A model generated the notes under the pieces. It was not told the DNA's origin. It did no database searches and saw only the letters and a program-made list of their open reading frames with translations. This document shows positions 1 to 11,917 of a stretch of 64,000 nucleotides of DNA, piece by piece. Numbering within the stretch: the first letter of the stretch is position 1; each line of letters opens with the position of its first letter. Origin of the DNA: Acidimicrobiales bacterium (GTDB lineage Bacteria > Actinomycetota > Acidimicrobiia > Acidimicrobiales > Bin134); the NCBI GenBank assembly GCA_963663255.1, contig OY760141.1:2184208-2248207 (forward strand), in the 5' to 3' direction. Made by a program: the position numbers and the translations under genes.

Positions 1-568
1 GGGCCGCGTACGACAGCGCGCCGGCGTCGAGGGCTCGGGCGCCGGGGAGCTTGTTCATGATCTCCATGGTGGTGGTGGTGGCCTCGGGGTGGTCGGAGCA
101 CACCAGCACATCGCATTCCACCGGCCGATTGAGATCGCCCAGATCGTGGGCCGGCACATGGTGCAGCGCGCCGGAAACCAGGGCCCGGGGCACCGCGGCC
201 TGCACCGCGGCGGCAATCGAACCTCGGGACGGCACCAGCGGCTGGAACTCCCGGCCCATCTTGGCCAGGGCGTTGGCCATGCTGATGACCACCTTGCCGG
301 CCAGCTCATCGGCCACCGTGGCCGCGGTTGAAGCGGCGGCGTCCCACGGGGTGGCCACCACCACGACGTCGCAGGCCGCGGCGCCGGGGTTGGCCGCGCC
401 GGACAGGGGGAGCTGGTGGTCGGGCCATTCGCCCTTCAAGCGGTCGCAGATCTCGGTGGCCCGCTCGGCGGAGCGCGACCCCATCACGGTGTCGAATCCC
501 ACCGATGCCAACCGGACGGCAAGGGCGCTGCCCGCCGGTCCTGTGCCTCCGAGAATCCCGATCCGCAT
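1..568 (-). CDS. npdG: NADPH-dependent F420 reductase (NpdG-like); C-terminus lies beyond the window edge
   Basis: Minus-strand ATG at 568..566. The frame stays open to base 1, and it is absent from the ORF track because it has no stop in the window. My translation starts MRIGILGGTGPAGSALAVRLASVGFDTVMGSRS, a Rossmann GxGxxG N-terminus typical of F420:NADP oxidoreductases. Confidence 0.7.
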   Translation of the reverse strand, partial: MRIGILGGTGPAGSALAVRLASVGFDTVMGSRSAERATEICDRLKGEWPDHQLPLSGAANPGAAACDVVVVATPWDAAASTAATVADELAGKVVISMANALAKMGREFQPLVPSRGSIAAAVQAAVPRALVSGALHHVPAHDLGDLNRPVECDVLVCSDHPEATTTTMEIMNKLPGARALDAGALSYAA

Positions 569-680
569 CGGCCTTACGGTATAGGAGGTGCACTGCCGAT
601 CCCACATAGGACCCCGATCCCTCATGAGACAGGGCCACCGGCATTGCCAGCCGCCTCGCCGCGAGTAGCCTCCAACGATC

Positions 681-1448
681 ATGGGACTGCTCGACGGGAA
701 ACGGATTCTGGTCACCGGAGTGCTGACCGACGCCTCTTTGGCCTACGGAATCGCCTCGCTGGCCGCTGATGAGGGTGCCGAGCTGGTGCTGACCGGGGCG
801 GGCCGGGGCCTCAGCCTCACCGAGCGCACCGCACGCAAGCTGCCGGGCTCGCCGCCGGTGCTGGCCTTCGACGTGACCGATCCCGACCACCCAGCCGCCC
901 TGCGGGACGACCTGGCTGATCGGTGGGGATCAGTGGACGGGGCCGTGCACGCCATCGGCTTTGCCCCCGAGGTGTGCTTGGGCGACGACTTCATGGCCGC
1001 CGGGTGGGACGACGTGAAGGTGGCGCTGGAGATTTCGGCCTATTCACTCAAGACCCTGGCCGAGGTGGTGGTGCCGCTCATGGACGACGGCGGTTCGATC
1101 GTGGGACTGGACTTCGATGCCACCGTGGCCTGGCCGCACTACAACTGGATGGGGGTGGCCAAGGCTGCCTTCGAGTCCACCGCCCGCTACCTAGCCCGCT
1201 CGCTCGGCAGCCAGGGCATCCGGGTGAACTTGGTGGCCGCCGGCCCGGCGCGCACCATGGCCGCCCGCTCCATCCCCGGCTTCGAGGTTTTCGAGGACTC
1301 CTGGGCTGATCGGGCCCCCCTGGGGTGGGATGTCAAGGACAGCTCATCGGTGGCCAAGGCCGCCGTCGCGCTGCTATCTGATTGGTTCCCCATGACCACC
1401 GGCGAGATGGTCCATGTGGACGGCGGCTACCACGCCATGGGCGCCTGA
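681..1448 (+). CDS. fabI: enoyl-[acyl-carrier-protein] reductase (NADH), FabI/InhA type
   Basis: 255-aa ORF starting MGLLDGKRILVTGVLTDASLAYGIA. It has an InhA-like SDR layout with the Y/K catalytic region (ISAYSLK...MGVAKAALE-like). GC3 is high. Confidence 0.9.
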   Translation: MGLLDGKRILVTGVLTDASLAYGIASLAADEGAELVLTGAGRGLSLTERTARKLPGSPPVLAFDVTDPDHPAALRDDLADRWGSVDGAVHAIGFAPEVCLGDDFMAAGWDDVKVALEISAYSLKTLAEVVVPLMDDGGSIVGLDFDATVAWPHYNWMGVAKAAFESTARYLARSLGSQGIRVNLVAAGPARTMAARSIPGFEVFEDSWADRAPLGWDVKDSSSVAKAAVALLSDWFPMTTGEMVHVDGGYHAMGA

Positions 1449-1460
1449 GCCGGTCCTGAC

Positions 1461-2369
1461 CTATCCCCCGGCCAGGGGGTGGACGAAGTCGTCGGCGAAG
1501 CGATTTATGGCGTCGCGGTAGGCGGTGGCGTTTTCCAATAGGCCTTTGCGGTTGTCGGTGCTGACGTCTTCGAGCTCGGCCCAGGGAAGGGCGTACAACC
1601 CGGTGATGCCCAACTCCTCTTCGGCCCGGCGGTAGAGATCTAGTGAGGGCGGCTCATAGAAGCCGGAGATGATGTCAAATGGCTCGTCGGCCCGGCCCTC
1701 TTCGGCCAAGAGCGTCCGCAGGCGGGCGACGATGCCGGCCAGCGTGTCCCAGTCGTAGGCATTGCCCACCCAGCCGTCGGCATGGCGGGCCGCACGGCGC
1801 AGCGCCGGTCCCGAGTGTCCCCCGGTGTAGATGGGGATGGGCTGGTCGGGGGCCGGGCCCATCATCATCGGCGGGATGTCGTAGTACTCGCCGTGGAACT
1901 CCACCCAACCCGGCTTCCACAGCTCCCGCAGCGCCTCAATCATCTCGTTGGTGCGGGGGCCGCGGTTGTCGAAATCTTGGCCCATCTGCTCGAACTCCTC
2001 GCGCATCCAGCCTGCGGCCATGCCCAGCGCCACCCGGTTGTCGGAGATCACCGCGGCAGTGGACACCTGCTTGGCCACCGCCAGGATGGGTCGATTGGGG
2101 GCGATGTAGATGTTGTTGGAGAAGTGGAGTTGCTCGGTGGCCCCGATCATGGCTCCTATGGTCACCCAGGTGTCAGGCCAAGACGTCTCCGGGTCCCAGA
2201 TGGGTCGGCCGTCTTCGTAGGGCGAGTAGGGGTAGGGGCTGCTGAGTTCTTGGGGATAGAAGATGTGATCGGAGAGCACCATCCCGTGATACCCGGCCTC
2301 ATCCACCATCTGAGCGATAGGCACCAGCTCGGTGCTCTTCATGAACGCGGTAACGCACCAGAATTTCAT
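1461..2369 (-). CDS. LLM-class F420-dependent oxidoreductase
   Basis: Internal start MKFWCVTAFMKSTELVPIAQMVDEAGYHGMVLSDHIF. Luciferase-like TIM-barrel family pattern. The upstream 18 codons of the tracked ORF overlap the neighbouring gene, so I trimmed them. Confidence 0.8.
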   Translation of the reverse strand: MKFWCVTAFMKSTELVPIAQMVDEAGYHGMVLSDHIFYPQELSSPYPYSPYEDGRPIWDPETSWPDTWVTIGAMIGATEQLHFSNNIYIAPNRPILAVAKQVSTAAVISDNRVALGMAAGWMREEFEQMGQDFDNRGPRTNEMIEALRELWKPGWVEFHGEYYDIPPMMMGPAPDQPIPIYTGGHSGPALRRAARHADGWVGNAYDWDTLAGIVARLRTLLAEEGRADEPFDIISGFYEPPSLDLYRRAEEELGITGLYALPWAELEDVSTDNRKGLLENATAYRDAINRFADDFVHPLAGG

Positions 2370-2376
2370 GGCGCCA

Positions 2377-3450
2377 TTATGTCTGATGGTTCGACACGGC
2401 GGGTCCGGTTGGGTCGGTCTCATCGATTAGATCGCCCACCAGAACCTCCAGCACATCCTCCAGGGTGACCAGTCCGACGGTGCGCTGACGGGCGCCCTGG
2501 CGTACAACGGCCAGATGTCGTCGGCTTCCCCGCATCAGCGTCAGCGCGCCTTCGAGCGGGGTTTCCTCCTCGATGGCGGGCACCACCCGGATCAGTTCGT
2601 CGCCGAGGGGCTGGTTTGCCCTAATACCGGTTGCATCGAGGAGGTCCTTGGCGTGGATGAACCCCACCACCTGGTCGATGGAGCTGTTTTGGACCAGGAC
2701 CCGAGAGTGGCCGCTGGCGTTCATCACGTCGAGCACCTCGGCCACTGTGGCCTCTCGCTCTACTGCCACGATCCGCTCGCGAGGCACCATTACGGTGTGC
2801 ACCGGTCGGCCGGCCAGCTCCAGCGCGCTGGACAGAAGCGACCGGTCGAATTCGTCCAAGAACCCCTCGGCCGCGGAGTGCTCGACAACGGCGGCAAACT
2901 CCTGGGGAGTGCGGGCCGTGGGCAGCTCGTCGACGGGCTCCACGCCGCACAGGCGGACTATCCCCCGGCTGAGCCGGTTCAACAACCCGATGAGCGGGCC
3001 GAAGACGATGGCGTAGAGGCGGTTCACCGGGGCCAGCCACATGGCGGTGCGCTCGGCCCCGGCCAAGGCGACATTTTTGGGGACCATCTCCCCCAGCACC
3101 ATGTGCAGGTAGACCACCAAGGCCAGCGACACCGCGAACGAGATGGTGTGCAGCACACCGGAGGGCAGATGGACGAATGACTCCACCGCCCGCTCGATGA
3201 GACGGGCAACGGCGGGCTCGGCCACGAAGCCCAACCCCAACGACGCCATGGTGATGCCGAGCTGAGCGCCGGCCAACTGCCGGTTGAGGTCGCTCATGGC
3301 CGCCAGAGCCAACCGGGCCCGGCGGTTGCCGGCTTCGGCCAGGGGCTCCAGACGAGACCGTCGGGCGGCGATGAGCGCAAACTCCACCGCCACGAAGCCG
3401 GCATTGGCCAACAACAGCACCACCGCGACGCCGATGTACAGCGCGGTCAT
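2377..3450 (-). CDS. CNNM (DUF21) transmembrane + CBS-pair protein (hemolysin-family)
   Basis: N-terminus MTALYIGVAVVLLLANAGFVAVEFALIAARRSRLE matches the DUF21 signature. A CBS-pair region follows. Start and stop overlap with the upstream paralogue. Confidence 0.85.
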   Translation of the reverse strand: MTALYIGVAVVLLLANAGFVAVEFALIAARRSRLEPLAEAGNRRARLALAAMSDLNRQLAGAQLGITMASLGLGFVAEPAVARLIERAVESFVHLPSGVLHTISFAVSLALVVYLHMVLGEMVPKNVALAGAERTAMWLAPVNRLYAIVFGPLIGLLNRLSRGIVRLCGVEPVDELPTARTPQEFAAVVEHSAAEGFLDEFDRSLLSSALELAGRPVHTVMVPRERIVAVEREATVAEVLDVMNASGHSRVLVQNSSIDQVVGFIHAKDLLDATGIRANQPLGDELIRVVPAIEEETPLEGALTLMRGSRRHLAVVRQGARQRTVGLVTLEDVLEVLVGDLIDETDPTGPAVSNHQT

Positions 3451-4766
3451 CGGCTTGCCCGCTCTTGGGGATTCGAGGACACCTGGCGCAGGCGCACGGT
3501 GTCGATGCGGCGCCGATCCACCGACTCGATCTGGAACTCCCAGCCCTGGTAGCGGAACACCTCGCCGACGGCCGGGAGGCGCTGGAGATAGTCCAAGATG
3601 AAGCCGGCCAAGGTCTCGTAGTCGCCATCGGGCACCCGGAGCCCGGTCATGTCCTCCAGTTCGTCGGGATGGATTCCACCCTGGATCACCAGCTCCCCGG
3701 CGTCGCGGGCCACCGGCGGGGGCTCGGTGTCGTCGTGCTCGTCGGCGATCTCACCCACGATCTCCTCCACCAGGTCTTCCTGGGTGACGATGCCCGCGGT
3801 GCCCCCGTGCTCGTCCATGACCACCGCCAGCGGGCTGCGCTGCGATCTCATGTCCAGCAGCAGGGAGCGCAGGTTCCGGGTTTCGGGGACGATGAGCGGC
3901 ACCATCATGATCTCGGTGACCGGGGTGGCCGCCCATTGATCGGCCGGCACCTGGTACACGTTCTTGACCAGGGCCACGCCCTTCACATCGTCGATGTCGG
4001 CGCCGATCACCGGGAAGCGGGAGAATCCGGTGGCACTCGACAGGGAGACCAGATCTGCCACCGACTGGTGGTGCTCGATGGGGCACACCGACACCCGGGG
4101 GACCAGCACATCGGCGGCGTCTCGCTCCGCGAAGCGGATGGCCCGAGTCAGCAGGCGAACTCGGGCCGGCCGCATCGCCCCCTCTTGCCCTGAGGACCGG
4201 ATCAGCCAGGCCAGCTCCTCGCGGGAACGGGCCTCGCTGAGCTCTTGGGCGGGATCGATCCCCAGCCGGGTCACCACCCAATTGGCCGAACCGTCCAACA
4301 GGCGGATGAACGGCCCGGCTATGGCCTCGAAGCCCCTCATGGGAGCGGCCAGCCTCATCGCTGTGGGCAACGGGCGGGCGATGGCCAGAGTCTTGGGCAC
4401 CAGCTCGCCGAGCACCATCTGGACTATCACCGCGATGGCCAGCGCGGCGGCGATAGACAGCCCTTCCGCGGCCCCCCCGACGATTCGGTCAGCTACTGGC
4501 TCCAGGGCGGCCGCGATGGAGGGCCGGGCGATAAAGCCCAACGCCAGGGACGTGACGGTGATGCCGAACTGCGCCCCGGACAGCTGAAACGACAGGGACT
4601 TGAGCAGCGACAGGGTGGCCCGAGCCGCCCGCCGCCCCTCGGCGGCCAGCCGCTCGATGCGGATCCGGTCCACCGCCACCAAGGCGAACTCCACCGCCAC
4701 GAATACCGCGTTGGCCGCAATCAACAGCCCCGCAGCCACCAGGCCGAGAATGGTGGTCCAGCTCAT
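3447..4766 (-). CDS. CNNM (DUF21) + CBS-pair + CorC/HlyC C-terminal domain membrane protein
   Basis: 439 aa. The DUF21 N-terminus (ANAVFVAVEFALVAVDR) is followed by CBS pairs and a CorC_HlyC-like tail (GEVFRYQGWEFQIESVDRRRIDTVRL). There is a 4-nt overlap with the downstream paralogue. Confidence 0.85.
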   Translation of the reverse strand: MSWTTILGLVAAGLLIAANAVFVAVEFALVAVDRIRIERLAAEGRRAARATLSLLKSLSFQLSGAQFGITVTSLALGFIARPSIAAALEPVADRIVGGAAEGLSIAAALAIAVIVQMVLGELVPKTLAIARPLPTAMRLAAPMRGFEAIAGPFIRLLDGSANWVVTRLGIDPAQELSEARSREELAWLIRSSGQEGAMRPARVRLLTRAIRFAERDAADVLVPRVSVCPIEHHQSVADLVSLSSATGFSRFPVIGADIDDVKGVALVKNVYQVPADQWAATPVTEIMMVPLIVPETRNLRSLLLDMRSQRSPLAVVMDEHGGTAGIVTQEDLVEEIVGEIADEHDDTEPPPVARDAGELVIQGGIHPDELEDMTGLRVPDGDYETLAGFILDYLQRLPAVGEVFRYQGWEFQIESVDRRRIDTVRLRQVSSNPQERASR

Positions 4767-4828
4767 CGGTGGTCAACTACCCGGCATTGGGCTTGGCATC
4801 ATCCATATTCTTTAGGGAGACTAAACAT

Positions 4829-5280
4829 ATGAGTCTCAAACAATCACCTTCTCGAACCGCTTTGGAAGCGGCTCGGGCAGCGACCCGCCTTGCCCGCCAA
4901 GTGGCGGTGGCGCTGGGAGACTTAGACCTGTCACCCTCACAGTATCGCCTGCTGTTGTTCTTATCGGAAGGAAACGCCGCCGCATCGGCGGTGGCCGGGC
5001 GACTAGCGGTGAGCCGGCCCAGCGTGACTGCGCTGGCCGACGGGTTGGAAAAGCGAGGCCTGCTCCAACGGCAGGGCGACCCATCCGACCGCCGTAAGGT
5101 TGCCCACGAGCTGACCGAAGCCGGGCGGAAAGTGCTGGCCGCGGCCGATGAGGCGGTAGCCGTTCGGATTTCCGGGATCGCCGCCCATCTCGAAGCTGAC
5201 CAGGCTGATCAGGCACTGGAGGGGCTGGCGCTGTGGAATGAGGCACTCACCTTGGTCCGGGGCGGGCAGGGGCCCCGACC

Positions 5281-5284
<4 letters not shown>
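4829..5284 (+). CDS. MarR family transcriptional regulator
   Basis: ATG at 4829 is preceded by AGGGAG. A winged-helix region (LSPSQYRLLLFLSEGNAAASAVAGRLAVSRPSVTALADGLEKRGLLQRQGDPSDRR) is present. Confidence 0.85.
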
Positions 5285-7223
<1,939 letters not shown>

Positions 7224-7224
<1 letters not shown>

Positions 7225-9122
7225 TGGGCTGGGGCGGGTACTTCGGCGGGCCTCAGGCCCAGAGCGCGGCTCGCGACGCCGGTTTGCCCCATGCCGGGGT
7301 GCCCGGCAACCTGCGGGTTCAGGTCGAAGAGGTGCTGCGGACCGAGCCCGAGTATCCCCCGGTGGAGGTGGACTTCAGCCACCGCCAGCCCCCTGATCCG
7401 CCGCTGACCCTGCGCACCCTTTTGTGGCCCCACCGCAGACAGCTTGCCGTGGCGCTGTTTTTGGTGGTGATCGAGTCGGCGATGATGCAGTCGGGCCCGC
7501 TGCTGGCCCAGCTGGGCATCGACCACGGCGTCAGCTCCGGCAACCTGCGGGTGCTGTTGATCGTGGCCGCGGTGTTCTTGAGCACGGTGGTGGCCCACGC
7601 CTTCAGCTCGTCTCTGCGCATCCGCTACACCGGCAAGCTGGGCGAGCGGCTCATGTACGGCCTGCGCATGCGGGTTTTCTCCCACTATCAGCGCCTCTCG
7701 CTGGACTTCTTCACCAAGGAGAAGGCGGGCGTGCTGATGACCCGAATGACCAGCGACATCGAGGCCCTGACCGTGCTGTTCCAAGAGGGCATGGTGAACT
7801 TCGCGGTGCAGGGGCTGGTGCTCACCGTGATCACCGCTGTGCTGTTCTATCTGAACCCGCTGCTGGCCGTGCTGACCTTGCTCATTGTGGTGCCGGCCAC
7901 ATTCCTGCTCAGCATCTGGTTCCGGAAGGTGTCCGATTTGTACTACGGGCTGGTTCGGGACCGCATCGCCGAGGTGTTGGCCGATTTGCAGGAGAGCCTG
8001 TCGGGTATCCGGGTCATCACCGCACACAACCGTCGGCGCCACAACGTGGTGCACCACACCAACGTGGTGGGGCGGCACAAAGACGCCAACCTGGCCGGTG
8101 TTCGGGCCGCGTCAATCTACGCGCCCACCACTGAGGCAATTGTGATCATCGGCCAGGCCATCTTGTTGGTGATCGGCGGAACCATGGTGATCAACGGCAG
8201 TCTCACCCCAGGTGAGCTGACCGCCTTTGTGCTCTACCTGACGTTCTTCTTCGCCCCCATCCAGCAGCTTGTCCAGCTCTACAACGGTTACCAGCAGGGG
8301 CAGGCTTCGGCTAGGAAGCTGCGCGAGGTGCTGGAGAACGAGCCCTCAGTGGCCGAGGCCCCCGATGCGGTGGACCTGCCCCCAATCGAAGGGGAGATCA
8401 CCTTCGACCGGGTGAGTTTTGGCTACGACGACGACACGCCTGTGCTGCACGAAGTGAGCCTGAGGCTGGCACCGGGCGAGAGCCTGGCCGTGGTCGGGCC
8501 CACCGGGGCGGGCAAATCCACCGTGGCCAAGTTGATCGCGCGGTTCTACGACCCCCAGCAGGGAACGGTGTGCATCGACGGCTGTGACCTGCGGACGGTG
8601 ACGCTGGCCTCGCTGCGCCGCCAGCTTGGGGTGGTGCCCCAGGAGCCGTTCTTGTTCTACGGCTCGATCCGGGACAACGTGTCCTTCGCCCGGCCTGAGG
8701 CGTCGATGGCCGAGGTGCTGGAGGCTTGCCGGGTGGTCGGGTTGACCGAGCTATTGGAGCGACTGCCCGACGACGTGAACTCCCAGGTGCATGAGCGGGG
8801 GGCGTCGCTGTCGGCCGGGGAGCGGCAACTGCTGGCCCTGGCCCGGGCGTTTCTGGCCCGTCCCCGGGTGCTGGTGCTGGACGAGGCCACGTCCAACCTG
8901 GATTTGCGCTCGGAGTCGAAGATCGAGGCTGCGTTGGATGTGGTGCTGGAGGGTCGGACGGCCATCATCATTGCCCACCGGCTAGCCACCGCCATGCGGG
9001 CCGACCGGATCGCGGTGGTGGAAGACGGCCGGATCACCGAGATCGGCACCCACGACGAGCTGGTCGCCATGGGCGGCCACTACGCCGACATGTACGCCAC
9101 CTGGATGGCCCACACCAACTAG
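7224..9122 (+). CDS. ABC exporter, fused permease/ATP-binding subunit (heterodimer partner)
   Basis: 632 aa with Walker A GPTGAGKST, signature LSAGERQL and Walker B VLVLDEATSN. The start abuts the upstream stop. Confidence 0.9.
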
Positions 9123-9126
9123 GGCC

Positions 9127-9915
9127 ATGACCGAGGCGTTGGCGCTGCGGCTGTCCGGAGTAGGTTTCGTCCGCGACAAGCGGCCCATCCTCGCCGATGT
9201 CGACTGGGAGGTGGCCGATGGCCAGCGCTGGGTAGTGCTGGGGGCCAACGGCAGCGGCAAGACCACGCTGTTGCGCATCGCCGCGCTCTATGAGCACCCC
9301 ACTGCGGGGACGGTCGATGTGCTGGGGCAGCGCTTGGGCCAGGTGGATGTGCGCCGGCTGCGGCACCGGGTGGGATTCATGTCGCCCGCGCTGGCCCAGA
9401 TGCTGCGACCCCATCTGAGGGCGGTCGAGGTGGTGATGACCGCCCGCCACGGTGCCCTGGAACCGTGGTGGCACGACTACACCGACGATGACCGCGAGCG
9501 GGCGCACAAGCTGCTGGAGCAGGTGGGAGCCGGGGGGCTGGGCGAGCGCACCATCGCCACCTTGTCGTCGGGCGAGCGCCAGCGGGTGCAGATCGCCCGC
9601 AGCCTGATGACCGACCCCGGCCTAGTGCTGCTGGACGAGCCCGCCTCCACCCTGGATTTGGGTGGCCGGGAAATGCTGGTAAGCGACCTCACCGCCCTGG
9701 CCGCCGACTCCACCGCCCCTCCCCTAGTGATGGTCACCCACCGCACCGAGGAGATCCCCGCCGGCTTCACCCACGTGTTGCTGCTCCGCAACGGCCAAGT
9801 GCTGGTCCAGGGCCCCCTGGAAGATGTGCTCACCTCCGAATCCCTCTCCGCCTGCTTCGCCCTCCCCCTAGACCTAGAGCACCGCAACGGCCGCTGGCAC
9901 TCCCAAGCTTGTTGA
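9127..9915 (+). CDS. stand-alone ABC transporter ATP-binding protein
   Basis: 262 aa with Walker A GANGSGKTT, signature LSSGERQRV and Walker B LVLLDEPAS. It starts 4 nt after the upstream stop. Confidence 0.85.
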   Translation: MTEALALRLSGVGFVRDKRPILADVDWEVADGQRWVVLGANGSGKTTLLRIAALYEHPTAGTVDVLGQRLGQVDVRRLRHRVGFMSPALAQMLRPHLRAVEVVMTARHGALEPWWHDYTDDDRERAHKLLEQVGAGGLGERTIATLSSGERQRVQIARSLMTDPGLVLLDEPASTLDLGGREMLVSDLTALAADSTAPPLVMVTHRTEEIPAGFTHVLLLRNGQVLVQGPLEDVLTSESLSACFALPLDLEHRNGRWHSQAC

Positions 9916-9985
9916 CGCTGGCGTTGTCTGTCCTGTTACACTGACTTCCACTTCCCCCATGTGCTGAGAACTCTTAGGAGAACTC

Positions 9986-10459
9986 ATGGAACAAGCCATA
10001 CTCGCCATGCAGGGGATCACCCTCACAATGATCGGGGTCATCGTCACCCTGATGCTCTACCTAGACCGCGGTCGCCGCGCCGACATCGCGCAACTTAGAA
10101 CTGAGACCAACGAAGGCTTCAAAGAAGCTCGTGCCGACAGGGCGCAAATTCGAACGGAGATGCACAACGGCTTCGCTCTACTCCGCCAAGAGATGAGAGA
10201 TGGCGACGCCAAGATCAGCGGCGAGATGAGAGATGGCGACGCCAAGATCAGCGGCGAGATGAGAGATGGCGACGCCAAGATCAGCGGCGAGATGAGAGAT
10301 GGCGACGCCAAGATCAGCGACGTGACGAACGACGGCTTCAAGCAAGTCCACAGCCGGCTGGACAAGCTCACCGACGTCGTCATGGACCTGTGCCGGAGAG
10401 TGGGCCGCCTAGAGAGCCGAGCCGAGGTCTCGGAGCCCGAAACCGACACTCCCCAATAG
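9986..10459 (+). CDS. single-pass membrane protein with an 11-residue repeat array (EMRDGDAKISG x4)
   Basis: 157 aa. AGGAG lies upstream of the ATG. The N-terminal hydrophobic helix is ITLTMIGVIVTLMLYL. The remainder is charged and helical with an 11-mer periodicity. Rare codons for this genome (aga, ata, cta, caa) are used. Confidence 0.6.
   Translation: MEQAILAMQGITLTMIGVIVTLMLYLDRGRRADIAQLRTETNEGFKEARADRAQIRTEMHNGFALLRQEMRDGDAKISGEMRDGDAKISGEMRDGDAKISGEMRDGDAKISDVTNDGFKQVHSRLDKLTDVVMDLCRRVGRLESRAEVSEPETDTPQ
10190..10321 (+). repeat. 4 x 33-bp perfect in-frame tandem repeat
   Basis: The unit gagatgagagatggcgacgccaagatcagcggc occurs at 10190, 10223, 10256 and 10289. Units 1-3 are identical and unit 4 differs by one base. 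Confidence 0.95.
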
Positions 10460-10513
10460 CTGCGGCCAGCTCTCGTCCCCCAAGTTGTCGCACCAGCGGT
10501 GTAACTTCGAGAG

Positions 10514-11902
10514 ATGGAATCTGCCCGGCGCAGGCAGGGGACGTCTACTTCCAGTTTCGGGGTAGGTCGGCGCGAGGGCCATGATGCCTCCGCGTTCTAC
10601 AACCGGTTTCCGGTGCCGGAAATCAGTGAGGATGATGAGGTTTCCCCTCCAGCCTGCGTGGACCAGCTTTGGGTGGGCGACGCGCGCAAGATGGACCTCT
10701 ACGGACAGGTGGCCGACAACTCAGTGGCGCTGGTGGTCACCTCCCCGCCCTATTTCGTGGGCAAGGAGTACGAGGAAGCGGTGGGCCAGGGCCACATCCC
10801 CGCCGACTACGTGGATTTTCTCGCCATGCTCGAAGAGGCATTCGCCGAGTGCACACGCAAGCTGGAGCCCGGCGGGCGCATCGCGGTAAACGTGGCCAAC
10901 CTGGGGCGCCGCCCGTATCGCTCCTTGTCGGCCGACGTGATCGACATACTCCAGAACCGCCTCGGGCTGCTGCTGCGGGGCGAAGTGATCTGGCACAAGG
11001 CCAAGGGCGCCGGTGGCAACTGTGCCTGGGGCAGTTTCAAGAGTCCGAGCAATCCAGTACTTCGCGATCTGACTGAAAGGGTGGTGATCGCCTCCAAAGG
11101 GCGCTTCGACCGGGCGTTGACCTCAGCCAAGCGGGCTTCTCGGGGCTTGCCATCGGAGGGCACAGTCTCAGTAGACGGGTTCATGGAGGCCACCACCGAT
11201 GTGTGGGAGATTCCCACCGAATCAGCCTCCCGGGTGGGACATCCCGCGCCGTTCCCAGTGGAGCTCCCCCAGCGGCTGATCGATCTTTACACCTACCAGG
11301 GCGATTTGGTGCTCGACCCGTTTATGGGCGCAGGATCCACCGCGGTGGCCGCGGTCCGTACCGGACGCCACTTCGTCGGTTTCGATATCGACGCCGACTA
11401 TGTGGAAATTGCCGAAAAGCGCATAGCCGAGGAGCAAGAACGGCTTGCCGGTGCAGCCACGACTCCATGCGGCGACAACCCACTACAAGATGAAGACAAG
11501 GCGCGCGATCTAGCTAGGTCTGTGCTGGCCTCTGGGGGCTTTCGAATTGTCAAAGAGAAAGTGCCCCTCGCCTGTGGTGTTGAGGTTGATTTTGAGGCTG
11601 TCGACCAAGAGGGCGATTCGTGGCAGTTTGACTTGGCCGGTGGGTTCAGCATCACCCAGAGGCCTGGGCTGCGACGCACCGACACGCTGTGGAAGGCGCT
11701 GGGCAAGGCCGCCGTTTTGCATTCCTCGGGCGAATCCGTCCCGCTGGTGCTGTTGACCACTGGCCGGCCAGCCCCCAACAGTTCCGGCCATCGAGCCCTC
11801 AAAGCGATCACCGGCCCCGACAAGCCGGTCTACGCCGTTATAGAAATACTCGACCCCGCCGACTTGTCCCTTCTTGCCGAGTTGGCCCGCGGTCAAGCCT
11901 GA
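10514..11902 (+). CDS. beta-class N4/N6 DNA methyltransferase with an extra ~140-aa C-terminal domain
   Basis: Motif IV VVTSPPYF precedes motif I LDPFMGAGST, which is the beta permutation. A ParB-less MTase core occupies roughly the first 320 aa, followed by an unassigned C-terminal region (about 11486..11899). The exact start is uncertain. Confidence 0.8.
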   Translation: MESARRRQGTSTSSFGVGRREGHDASAFYNRFPVPEISEDDEVSPPACVDQLWVGDARKMDLYGQVADNSVALVVTSPPYFVGKEYEEAVGQGHIPADYVDFLAMLEEAFAECTRKLEPGGRIAVNVANLGRRPYRSLSADVIDILQNRLGLLLRGEVIWHKAKGAGGNCAWGSFKSPSNPVLRDLTERVVIASKGRFDRALTSAKRASRGLPSEGTVSVDGFMEATTDVWEIPTESASRVGHPAPFPVELPQRLIDLYTYQGDLVLDPFMGAGSTAVAAVRTGRHFVGFDIDADYVEIAEKRIAEEQERLAGAATTPCGDNPLQDEDKARDLARSVLASGGFRIVKEKVPLACGVEVDFEAVDQEGDSWQFDLAGGFSITQRPGLRRTDTLWKALGKAAVLHSSGESVPLVLLTTGRPAPNSSGHRALKAITGPDKPVYAVIEILDPADLSLLAELARGQA

Positions 11903-11917
11903 TCTGACCGCTATCTC

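Noticed and set aside
584-680. tRNA, tRNA-Sec or other RNA genes in intergenic gaps (584..680, 17448..17636, 23875..24035, 31012..31117, 43546..43657, 61405..61497).
   Set aside because: I could not fold a cloverleaf with acceptor, T-arm and GTTC-type features by eye in any of the gaps. Without a tRNA scanner this is a weak negative.
9920-11910. The atypical-codon island as a prophage, integrative element or complete restriction-modification system.
   Set aside because: I could find no integrase, transposase, flanking direct or inverted repeats, tRNA target or endonuclease gene. Only the MTase and the repeat protein are present, so I report it as a possible acquired island rather than a mobile element or RM system.
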